Shown here: piece after piece, positions 11,852-22,865 of the stretch | How the letters are laid out: each line of letters starts with the position of its first letter | Position numbering within the stretch: position 1 is the first letter of the stretch | Origin: Macrostomum hystrix | Taxonomy: Eukaryota > Animalia > Platyhelminthes | Assembly (NCBI GenBank): GCA_950097015.1 | Contig: CATNEN010000002.1 | Span: 9,238,001 to 9,302,000, forward strand | Direction of reading: 5' to 3' | DNA length: 64,000 bases | Notes under the pieces: model-generated | Seen by the model: the letters and a program-made list of their open reading frames with translations, nothing else | What the model was told of the DNA's origin: nothing | Databases searched by the model: none | Program-made: the position numbers and the translations under genes

Positions 11852-14800
11852 ATGGCCGACAGAGTTGCCTCAGCTCAGGCCCGCGCCGCGCCGGCCTATC
11901 CTACCCAAACCTACATTCCATTCGCTGACGAAGCCGACACCAACTCGGACAGCAGCTATGACGAGGATGGAGACGGCGATCCTGTGCTCAGCCGTCGCGA
12001 GGATTTGGCCTCCATGCTGCGCTCCATCGATGAGCGAAAGAAGCGAATGAGTGACCTGCGCGAGAAGTTCTACTCGGACTATGAGGTCTCACATCCCGCT
12101 GAGGACGAGGCGAATGTCGAGGTTCCAGCAGCTGCAGCTCTCACGGCGGCTGCGGCGCCGGCGCCGAGTTCAGCAGTGTTCATCCCGGATGAAATCCGCC
12201 GGGTCGCTCAGCGCCCCTCGAGTCGAACTGTGGAAGAAGAGGTGAACCAGCCCGAGCTGCTGCCCGCGCCTGCCGCCCACCGGCTGTCATTCAGCTCGGC
12301 CAGCTCGATGGACGCGGACTCCGGGGATAGTGCCGCCTCCACCGAGTCCAGCAGCGAGGCGGCCGCACGTCGCAACTACCAGTCCGGTGAGGACGCTCTG
12401 GACACGGACGATGTGCTCAGCAACAACATGTCAGCTGCTGACGATGTCGACTGCGTCAACCGGCCCGGCCTGCCAGGCGCGGAGGACGCTCTGCAGGAGA
12501 CCGACATCGATCTGGACGACGAAGATGAGTTTGTGCCAGAGACTAATTTGGACGATTTTCCGCGAACGCCGGAAGTTCAGGAGACTAATTTGGACGATTT
12601 TCCGCGAACGCCGGAAGTTCAGGAGACTAATTTGGACGATTTTCCGCGAACGCCGGAAGTTCAGGAGACTAATTTGGAAGACTTTCCGAGCGAATCGCCA
12701 GAACCGGATGCGGTCACACCGACTGCCGTTGCTCACGAGACTGACTTAGATGAGATTCTGGGCAAGCCTGAGCCGCCGCTTGAGCATCCAAAGACCGTTT
12801 CACCTGCTGTCAGCGATACCCCACCTGAATCCGAATCCGAATCAGAATCCGAATCTGAATCTGAATCCGATTCTGAAGACTCCTACTCATCTTCAGATGA
12901 AAACGACGAGTCCTCAGCCTCTTCATTGGCTGATGAAGAAGCGGAAGATAAAGATCCAGGAGCCATGGCTCAGCCGCCCACACTCGACACTTTGCCCCGC
13001 CTGGACCCGGACGATTCCCGCGAGCTGCCCGTCGAAGAGCCAGCCTCCGAAAGCCAGCGATCATCGATGGTGTCCACCGACTCGGATGAAGATGAGGACT
13101 CGGATGAGGAGCGAGTGGCCGACCTGTACTCTCGAAATCTCGATGATGACATCGAAACCCTGCAGATCAGCTCCATCGAGGACCTCGTCAAGTACTCGAA
13201 GGATCACGTGGCTCACGGACAACGCCGCCCACCGCCTCAGCTGCAGAAGCAGAATCAGCAGCAGCAGCAGCCAGCAGTGAGGATTCGTCCCTCAAACTCA
13301 CAGTCTTTGCCAACCATCGCCGAGCGTAACTCTGAGTACTCGGACTCCGATGTGTCACTCAGCCGCAGCTCCAGCATGAATTCTTCTTTTGGCAAAGCCG
13401 ACTCGCGGGTGAAGCGGCGCGGATCAAAGAGGGACACCGTTGCCGCTAACGAGGGACCTCGCCGAGGCCTCGACCGAGCCAGCGAGCCCATTGAGGAGGA
13501 AAATGTGGCCAGCTATCACCAGCTGCCTACGGTGTCTCTGCCATCTGAGCAGGACAACCTGACCAGCACCGAGGACTACCGGCCCAAGACCAGCGCCGCA
13601 GCGCGGTACAGCTTCGCCAGTCCGAGGCCATTCGTGCCCGCCTCGGCCTCCGCTCCGGCGCGAGCGCGACCTCCGCCGCCTCCTGTGCCGTCGGCTGCGC
13701 CTGTCGCAGCTCCTCCGCCGCCGCCTCCACCGCCGCCTCCACCGCCGCCTCCGCCACCTCCGCCGCCGCCAGCGACAGTCAAGCCACCGCCGCCACCGCT
13801 GCCACCGAAAAAGCCGAAGCCGGTGTCAGTCGTGGCTCCGCTGTCGAGTGGGCAGGAGGCAGCACTGCAGCCCCCGCCGCCACCGCCGCCACCAACGGCA
13901 GCTCTTGCCGAACCAGCGGCATCTTCAACCCAGCCGCCGCGTCCGACATCCGCTGGCAAGAGGAAGCCGGACTCGGTGGAGGCCAAGAAGAGTCCCGGGG
14001 TTCGAGCCCTGATCGCCTCCATGGAGAACAAAGTCAAATCCGAGACTCCGCCGCCGCCTCCGCCGCCTAAGCCGGCCAAGAAGCCAGCCTTCCGCAAGCC
14101 GCCTCAAACGCAGCCGCCGCTGCCGCAGCCGCAGCCACAGCCGCAGCCGCAGGTTGCTCTGCCACAGGATCCGCCTCAGCGCCCAGCTACTGCTGTTGAA
14201 GAAGACGACTTCCAGAAGATGAACGCCCGCACTTTTAATGCAGCTGCTGTTGCGAAGACCCCGGAGCCGAAGAAGGAGCCACCGCCAACTGCTGCAGCTA
14301 AGGAGCCAGCGCTTCCGAATGTTCCTGATAAGAGCGAGCCGCAGCCACCGATTCCGCCTGCAAAGGAGCCGGTTAAGATAGACGACCTTCAGAGCGCCGC
14401 TGCCGCCCCTAAAACTGATTTTAAGAACCCCATTTCATCGCCTCCTCAGCAGCAGCAGCAGCAGTCTGCACCTGCTCCAATCAAGGTGTCACAGTCAGCC
14501 AGAACTGCCGCGCCGTCAGCATCAATGATGAGCACACCGAAGCCGTTCTCATTGTCGGTCGCGCCATCCGGCCCGCGCGAACTCAACCAGAGCCTGGGCT
14601 TGAATCCTTCGCTCAGCGCCAAGTTTGCCGGCGCTGCCACCACCGCCGAGGAGGCGCCTGCCAAGGCCAAGTCCGATGACAGCCTCAGCCAGGTGCTGGG
14701 CCTGGCCAAGAAACAGCACGCTGAGGGTGTTGTGCAGGAGCTCATTGCAATGGACGCCACCATTGACAACCTCACAGAGGATCTGGGCTCCATCGACAAA

Positions 14801-17800
14801 ACCCTGGACAAGATGGCATCCACCAATCAGCTGATTCTGTCCAATCCCGACCTGACACAGCAGCAGCTCGACATTGATGTCAGCGTTGGCGACGTCCAGG
14901 TGCAAACTGGCGACATCGGCGTCAAGAAGCCGCTTTCGCTGGCCGCGCCGCCTCCTCCTCAGTCAAAAAAGTCGCGAGTTGTTGAGACCAGCATCGACTC
15001 GGAAGTATCGGACAGCAGCAGCAGCAGCAGCTTCGAGGCTGAACAGTCTGACTCAACCAGCGAGTCCGACTCAAGCTCTGACTCTGCGGACGACTACGAG
15101 GAGCCACCGCCGAAATCGACGCAGCCGACTCCTCCACCGCCGCCGCCTGAACCAGCTGCGGCTCCAAAGACTCAGCCAGTAGCTGAGCCGAGCCCAGAGC
15201 TGCAGCCGCAGCCTGAGACGCCACCAAAGCATTCGCCGGTGTCGGCACCCAGAGCGAAGCGATCCTTCACGTCCAGGAAGGCGCCATCGTCGCCTCAGGC
15301 CAACGGCAAGCCGAACGGAGATCCAGCCGTTCTCCTAGCCGAGCCGAAGCCGGCAGCCAAGGCGGCCACGCGCCCGAGCCTGGCCGATCAGCTCGCCCGC
15401 ATCAGCCAGGAGAATCTGGCAGCCAGTCAGCCCGAAGAGCAGCCACCGTTGCAGAAGACTCCGTCAAGAATGTCGCTGCGAGAGAAAATCAAAACATTTG
15501 AAGCTTCGGCCGAAGTTCAAGCCAGCACTGAGAGCGCCCCAGAGCCCGCTCTGGTCTCTACGCCAGCCTGGAAGCGTCATCAGCAGCCGGAGACGCAGCC
15601 GCAGCCGCAGCCTAGACCGACTGCAGCTCCGGCGGCTGAGTTGGCCTACGCCAATGTGGCTCCTCAACCGGAGCGGCGCGCCCGACCGCCGCCTCCGCCG
15701 ATTCCGAAGCCGCGTGGCTCTCTGGAGAACCTGGCCGACGCGTCGTTGACAACGTCCGGCAGCGGCGAGTCGCATCAGTTGCACTACGCCAACCTTGCGC
15801 CGGCTCAGCTGCTGCCACCGCCGACAGCTCCGAGAATTTCAACAGCTGCTGCGGGAGCCAAGGCAACGGCTGACGACGCGCCGGTGGTGTACCAGAATGT
15901 CAACCAGCCGAAGTCGGAGCCTCGCAAAGGCGACAGCGGCAGCGGCTTGCACTATGCCACCAGCGAGGTGGCGCTGAATCTGGCGGGGCTCGCAGAGGAA
16001 GAGGCCACCCGGGCCAGGCAGGTGTACGAGCACCACGAGGAGGCCATGCACAGGGAGCAGCAGCGGCGCAGTCAGGAGATGTCGGCTATCGATGCTGAAT
16101 TCGCCAGGTTTGTTGACTGCTAGATTGGCAGGTGCAGGGAGGGTAGGCAGTCAAATGCAGGGAGGGTAGGCAGTCAGATGCAGGGAGGGTAGGCAGTCAG
16201 ATGCAGGGAGGGTAGGCAGTCAGATGCAGGGAGGGTAGGCAGGCAGATGCAGGGAGGTAGGCAGGCAGATGCAGGGAGGGTAGGCAGGCAGATGCAGGGA
16301 GGGTAGGCAGGCAGATGCAGGGAGGTAGGCAGGCAGATGCAGGGAGGTAGGCAGGCAGATGCAGGGAGTGTAGGCAGGCAGATGCAGGGAGGTAGGCAGG
16401 CAGATGCAGGGAGGGTAGGCAGGCAGATGCAGCCAGTTTCCACCTCCATTCCGCCAGGTTCAACCAGGCTGTTAAGCGGCGCAGTCGCGAGAGCCCCACC
16501 CTGCCGCAGAGGTCCACATTTGCCACGCTGAACTCTTCAGTCAGGCTGACCGGGCCTCGCAGTCAGACGCTTGAGCAGCACCAGCAGCAGCAGCAGCCGA
16601 GCGATGAAGCTAAAGATGACCACTCTGAGCTGCAGTCTGAGCAGGCGCAGGAGCTGAAGTCGCGCTACCGCAAGCAGGGCGGCACCCTGGACGGTCGGCA
16701 AGACCCGGCGGCCGATGCCTTCGCCCGGGCCAAGCGGATCTCCAAGTCGCTCGGCCCCAAGGAGCGCCGGCAGAAGAAGACGAAGTCCGCCGAGCTGGCC
16801 GACAAGAGCTACCACGGCGTGGACCTCGAGCCGCCCCGGCCGCCGCAGCGGCAAAAGCGGCAGTCACCGCACAAGCAGCAGCAGCAACAGCAGCCAACTG
16901 GCAAAAGATTCGCCAGCTCCAATGATCTCATCAGCAGCAACAGCAGCAGCAGCAGCAGTGCGGCGGATAGCAGCGATAGTGAAACAGAGAGGGCCGCCCC
17001 CTTTCAGAAGCAGCAGCAGCAGCAGCGCCTTCAGCCGCCGCCGCCGCCGCCGCCGCACGCGCGTCACTCGCAGCACGACATGCTGCAGTCGGAGCCCGAG
17101 CCAGCGCAGTACATGAACCTGGCCAGTCATCAGCGAGCTCGCAGCATGGACCTGCTGGAGGAGCCGCGCCTGCCAGCCGATCCAGGTGACAGAGCCGGCC
17201 GCTTCAACCGCGGCGGCGGAGGCGGCGGGCCGTCCAGCGTGGCATCTAGCATGCTGTCGGTGAACGTGGCAAACAAAGACTCGGACGAGCTGGCGCTGCT
17301 GCTGGAGCGCTACCTCAGGCAGAAGCGGGACGAGAAGATTCTGCGGATGCTCATGGCGCTGAGAGCGCAGGACCCGGCCAAGCACCGCCTGCTCATGGAG
17401 CGGTACAAGGTGAGGCTGGGACACTCAAAGATAATGGGAATCAATTAGGGTGAGAGTAGATAAATATCACTAAATATCGGACTTGATGAGAATATATCAC
17501 TAGATATTGATTTTATTGCGAATAGGTCACTAGATATTGATTTTATTGCGAATAGATCACTAGATATTGATTTCATTGAGAATTGATCACTAGATATTGA
17601 TTTCATTGAGAATTGATCACTAGATATTGATTTCATTGAGAATTGATCACTAGATATTGATTTCATTGAGAATTGATCACTAGATATTGATTTCATTGAG
17701 AATAGATCACTAGATATTGATTTCATTGAGAATTGATCACTAGATATTGATTTCATTGAGAATTGATCACTAGATATTGATTTCATTGAGAATTGATCAC

Positions 17801-20741
17801 TAGATATTGATTTCATTGAGAATAGATCACTAGATATTGATTTCATTGAGAATTGATCACTAGATATTGATTTCATTGAGAATTGATCACTAGATATTGA
17901 TTTCATTGAGAATTGATCACTAGATATTGATTTTAATGACCTCTGCCCCACTGAATTCCAGGACGAGCTGGCATCTTCAGCAGGCTACGGCTATGCCATC
18001 CCGCCAGCCGCAGCAGCAGCCGCCGGCTCTCTGCAGCCCGCTGTCGCGGCCCGTGCCGCCCTGGGCATCAGCGGCGGTCACCAGCTGGGTGGCTCCACAG
18101 CCACACTATTGAACAACCTGGACCCCGGTGTCACGAATGTCCTGCTTGGCCCGGAGGGCACCCTGCGGGAGGCTGGCAGCGTTCACACCATGCTGCATCC
18201 GGCTGAGCCGCAGCGCACAGTCATCTGGGATCCGAGCCAGCAGGACTCTCCGCCGCCCGCTATGCGACCTCCGCCCCGCCCAATGCCGCCCGGCCTGTCC
18301 AAGACTGTCCCGCCTGACGGATGGAAGGCCGTGGACGATCACGTGATGGAGATTCTGGACATCGACTATGGCACCTTCGTGGAGCAGGTCAACAACCTGT
18401 GCGGCCGCTACCAGTCCGATGTGGAGAAGTGCCGAGCCATTTTCAGGTTCCTCACAGCTCGCCTGGTGCAGCCCATTGTCTATGACCCACAGGTGCGTGC
18501 TGGAGCCGTGACCAGCGTTTCTCAATCCGTATCTGCTAGGTTTCCCGTTTAGATGGGTCTACTGACCATTTTGATTGGAAGATCAATTCGATTGGTTGGT
18601 CAGTTTGATTGGTTGGTCAGTTTGATTGGTTGATCAATTTGATTGGTTGGTCAGTTTGATTGGTTGGTCAGTTTGATTGGTTGATCAATTTGATTGGTTG
18701 GTCAATTTGGTTGGTTGGTCAGTTCAATTGGTTGGTTAGTTTGTAAATGGTTCACGGGGTCATAGAGTCAGGTGAAATGAATCGTCAGTTGCAGTTTCAA
18801 ATCGGCCGCACCAACCCCACCTCCGCAGGCTCCTCTGACGTCTCTGATTGGCTGCCTGCGCGCAGTGCAAGCCGGTGAAGTGTCTCCGCACGAGCTGTTC
18901 AAGCGGATGTGCGCCTACGCCGGCATTCACTGCGAGATTCTGCACGGCTACTCGAAGGGCGCGGGCTACCGGCCCGGCATGAACATCAAGGACAACCGGA
19001 TGTTCCGCAACACCTGGACGGCCGTCTACGTCGAAGGCTGCTGGCGCTTCGTCAACGTAGCCTGGGGCGGCCGCCGGCTGGCCAAGCGATCCGGCGCCAC
19101 CGAGCTGCGCCTGAAGTGCGACGACTTTTACTTCCTGACGGAGCCAGATGAGCACATCTATGAGCACTGGCCGGATGACAAGCGCTGGCAGCTGCTAAGG
19201 TCGCCCATCGCGCTCAACCACTTCATGCGGCTGCCCATGCTCAAGTCGCCATTCTTCAACGCCGGCCTTCGCCTGAAGAAGGGCAAGTATGACGACACGC
19301 TGATGACGGAGAACGGCCGGGTCAGCCTGAAGATTGGCGTCACAAAGTTTGTCGGCGTCTCCTGCCAGCTGCAGAACCGCTCCGATATGAGCAGTCTCAG
19401 GGGCAAGACTCTGGCCAGACTCATCGGCGAGGTGCTGCACGTCCTGGCATCGCCTGCCCAGCCCGGCACCTACTTCCTGAATATCTTCGTCAGCGCAGAC
19501 TGGACCTCCAACGAGCACGAGCTGGCTGCGAGTTTTCAGGTGATTTTTGTGTGCTCAAACTCTTGAGTCAATATGTGGGTCTGAGTATTTAATGCGATTT
19601 TAAGTTTGAGTAGAGTTTTTAGTTTAGGTGACATTTTTAGAAGGGGTGGTGTGATTTTTTTATTGGTGAGTTTTCTAATTGAGCACGGGTGAGATTTTGA
19701 GCATGGGTTGAGAGACTAACTGGATTAATAAAGATTTTATGCATGGGTGAAGTTTCAAATATGTGAGATATTGATTATGGCTGAGATCTTTAGTATGATT
19801 GAAATTTGAAGCATGGAGTGAGATTCGAGCATGGGTGAGATTTTGAGTACACTAAGGCTGAGAACAAAATAGTCTCACAGATGAGATTGCGAGTCAAATC
19901 CTCTATCGAACTCAATTTTCATCCGCAGATCAAGTGCGCCGAGAACAATTTCGACCGTCTGGCCCTGGGCCGCTACCCGGATGTCGGCTTCCTCGGCAAC
20001 ACCCCGGCTGCCCAGAAGCTCGGCGTCAGCTTCCTGGCCGCGCACGGCTCCAAGGCGCCCATGGACCCGTACGTGGTGCACAACGCCAAGGAGCTGCTCC
20101 GCCTGCCGCTGGTGGCAGCTCCGGGCCTGAAGATTGCCCACCAGATGAAATGCTACCAGCGGGCAGGCAAGACTTCTGAGCACTGCGACTCCTACGCGCT
20201 GCTCCAGTGCCGCGGCAAGCAGCAGGCGGAGTACTGGATCGCCTGTCCCGCTGACGGCTACTACTTCTTTACCGTCTACGCTGGCGACGCCTCCCAGACT
20301 GCCGCCGACGCCGCCGATGACGCCTCCGTTGCCGCTGACGACAGCGAGGCCGGCAAGGAGCTGGACTGTGTCTATCGGGTGCTCATCGACTGCCGGCGCG
20401 GCCTTGGCAAAGTGCCGGCCTTCCCAGTGCAGACCAGCCTGTTCAACGGTTGCTACCTGCACGAGCCGATGCAGCAGCACCTGGATGTGGGGCGCAGGTA
20501 CAATTTCCGCCTGGAGGCCAGGCACTGCCGGGCCGTAGCTGTTGTGCTCAACGGCAAGACCTGGCTGGACCTGGAGCCTTCGCGCGGCAACGCCGGGCTC
20601 TGGTCAAAGAAGCTCAACGTTGGCGAGGAGCTGGGCGAGCTGTCCGTCTATGGCCAGCTCGAGTCCGACCAGGAAGGCCAGTTCAACAAGCTGCTGGACT
20701 ATGACATTGTGCAGAGGGTGTCCAACCTCGGCAAGAACTAA
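11852..20741 (+). CDS. Giant Hillarin-like protein (about 2420 aa): long acidic/Pro-rich disordered N-terminus plus degenerate transglutaminase-like (KY/Hillarin) domain and C-terminal KY-type Ig-like repeats
   Basis: Exons 11852-16107, 16458-17409, 17962-18492, 18829-19539, 19929-20741 join in frame with GT-AG introns. Motifs ELFKRMCAYAGIHCEILHGYSKGAGYRPG, RNTWTAVYVEGCWRFVNVAWG and DDFYFLTEPDEHIYEHWP are typical of Hillarin/KY/LTD-1. The true start could lie in an upstream exon. Confidence 0.85.
12538..12680 (+). repeat. Coding 42-bp tandem repeat (ETNLDDFPRTPEVQ, 3 copies plus partial) in the Hillarin-like exon 1
   Basis: Near-identical at DNA level (gagactaatttggacgattttccgcgaacgccggaagttcag) and in frame. 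Confidence 0.92.
16130..16430. repeat. 22-23 bp minisatellite (gcagggagggtaggcaggcagat), about 13 copies, Hillarin-like intron 1
   Basis: Direct inspection. Confidence 0.93.
17490..17935. repeat. 30-bp minisatellite (tcactagatattgatttcattgagaattga), about 15 copies, Hillarin-like intron 2
   Basis: Direct inspection. Confidence 0.95.
18590..18745. repeat. 17-bp minisatellite (tggttggtcagtttgat), about 8 copies, Hillarin-like intron 3
   Basis: Direct inspection. Confidence 0.88.
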
Positions 20742-22269
20742 CTGGCTTTCAGTTAGTGACCTCACTCATGAGTGATATGACTCAATTAATGAGTCCACTC
20801 TAGTTATAACCAGGGTCATGATCAACCTAGTCATAAAGATAAGCGAATTTTATGACCCCAGGTCATAAAGATAAACAAAGATTATGACCGCAGTCATAAA
20901 GATAAGAGAGGGCCATGATCCCAGTCATAAATAAGTGAAATGCTCATTCTAGATATTGGCATCATTCTAAGCTCAAGCTCTACATGATATTGTGTTGGGG
21001 AGCAAGTCTGTGTTAGTGACTACATTCACTATTGCAGCCACACTGCACATGTGTTATACATTCCATTTTAAGCAGAGTTTTTTGTCTACAGAATAACTAA
21101 ATTATTTTACCTGCGCTGTTGCGTCATTCTTTATCAAGTCTAAGTTTACCTCCTCGTGTTGAACTCTATTTTTTGTCTAATCGGAAACTTTTTGTGATCG
21201 GAAATGAGCTATGATTGATAGTTCTACACTCCAACTCAAATGATTCCACAAATTCCTTTGCTTAAGCTGCTGCTGCTGCTGCTGTTGCTTAGAGTGTTTT
21301 TGTACAGTGCCAGTTTTTATGACAGTTTTTTAATTGATTTTCCTTTTGCTTAATCCACGCATGTTATGGCAGATATGTCACTCTGTACTGTAAAATTCCA
21401 TTTTTCGATTGTGGCATCAGGCCTAAACGTGTAGGGAAAGAGATTTGGCCTCTTTTTCTCACAATTCGAACAGGTATTTTTCGCACAAAAATCTTTTTTT
21501 CCTGATATTTCAGCTCCGGCAACTGCCGCTTTCTCAGTGAGATTAAGGAAATCTCATTCACCTTTTTGTTATGGCAGGTGTAAATACACTGCTTATTAAT
21601 ACTCTGCTGCAATATGATTTCTGTAGTTCTTATATGCCATCAGCTGTCCGTGTCTTGTTTAGTCCCCGCTTCTCGGCTTGATTTGCAATTCTCTTACCTG
21701 GCTGCTGCTGGTTTTGCCTGCACTTTTGTCACTGGGCGGTGAGCTGAGTCACCGGCCTGAGCTGAGACTAATTTGGGCGCGCAGGCGGGCGGTGACCTCA
21801 GCCCTAGTGTACTCTCTTCCCCCTACTCAACTGTGCCCAGCTGCTCAAACCCAAACCAACTAGGAAATTTCTCTGAATGTCTGCAGCGAACTGCCTGTCT
21901 TCTGTTTGCTTTTTCAAAGAGTAGTTTTGCTCCTCTCTGTAGCAGTTTTATTTGGTTGTTTCTGAATTCGACTAAGAAATACATTAGGTAATTATGAAAC
22001 TGTAAATATTCTAATTCTTATCTACACAATTTGTGCGTGACTTATCTGGCTAATTTCCACATTTCCACTTTCTGCTCAGTTATGGCAGCAAGTTGCACTT
22101 TATTTGTGTTCGTCATTATCTCGAAACTATTTCGCTATATGGCATATCAGTGGAATCTAATATTTGTTAATCATAATGCTAATCAACAACTGATGCAGGT
22201 GCTAATTTGGCTACTGACAGTAGAGCGATTTGAAAATCTGCCTACGAAGTTAATAATAAATTAAATAAT

Positions 22270-22508
22270 TGGTTACACCTGCCCCAATTGGGCCAGATGT
22301 GCAGCCGACAGCACAGCCGCAGCTATTGCGCGGCGCATCTGAAGGCTGTTCAGTCCATGGACTGGGGAACGCCACCCCAATTACCCCAGCTATATGCTGG
22401 GCAATAGTACACATACGAGTACACCCCAAGTACACCAATTTTTCCAGTTGAGTGGTGAATCGAACCACCGACTTTTGTTGAAAGTCGCGAGTCTAACCAC
22501 AAGGCTAA
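22270..22508 (-). mobile_element. tRNA-derived SINE, family A
   Basis: The minus strand has an A-box-like TAGCCTTGTGGTTAG and a B-box GGTTCGATTC (22457-22466). The tail GGGGTAATTGGGG...CCCAGTCC...CACATCTGGCCCAATTGGGG matches 53120-53185 and 58340-58410. Confidence 0.65.
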
Positions 22509-22865
22509 AATCTCCCTAGAAACGAGAATTTTAGTAACAAGTGTTAAATTATTTAAACAAATTCAAAATTATTCTGTTGTGTCACATTGTGTTAATAAAT
22601 TAGTAGAATAAAAGTATATTCTTTTACGAGATCACAGTAGCTTTGTTATAATTCAGTAGACTTTTGTGCATAAAAATAGATGTAAATTACATGAAAACTT
22701 GTTTAACACATGTTCAACTTAAGAAGTACATGTTAAAGTGTGTTAAAGTGAATCATTTTTAAGGCTTCTGCTGCAGTCAGTGGCCTCACAGCATTTGAGT
22801 TGTGAGTACATAACTTGGAAGTGGTGGACTTTTCTGACGAGTGACCAATCTCGGCTTCAGTCAGC

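Noticed and set aside
12810-20775. Numerous antisense and alternate-frame ORFs over GC-rich exons
   Set aside because: Expected shadows of GC-rich coding sequence, with no independent motifs.
21640-21910. GC-rich segment with a donor-like CAG|gtaaga on the minus strand
   Set aside because: It could not be linked in frame to any gene and shows no recognisable homology.
22440-22508. tRNA gene calls at SINE heads (also 49350-49422 and 53000-53040)
   Set aside because: They have A/B boxes but no complete cloverleaf and continue into a shared repeat body.
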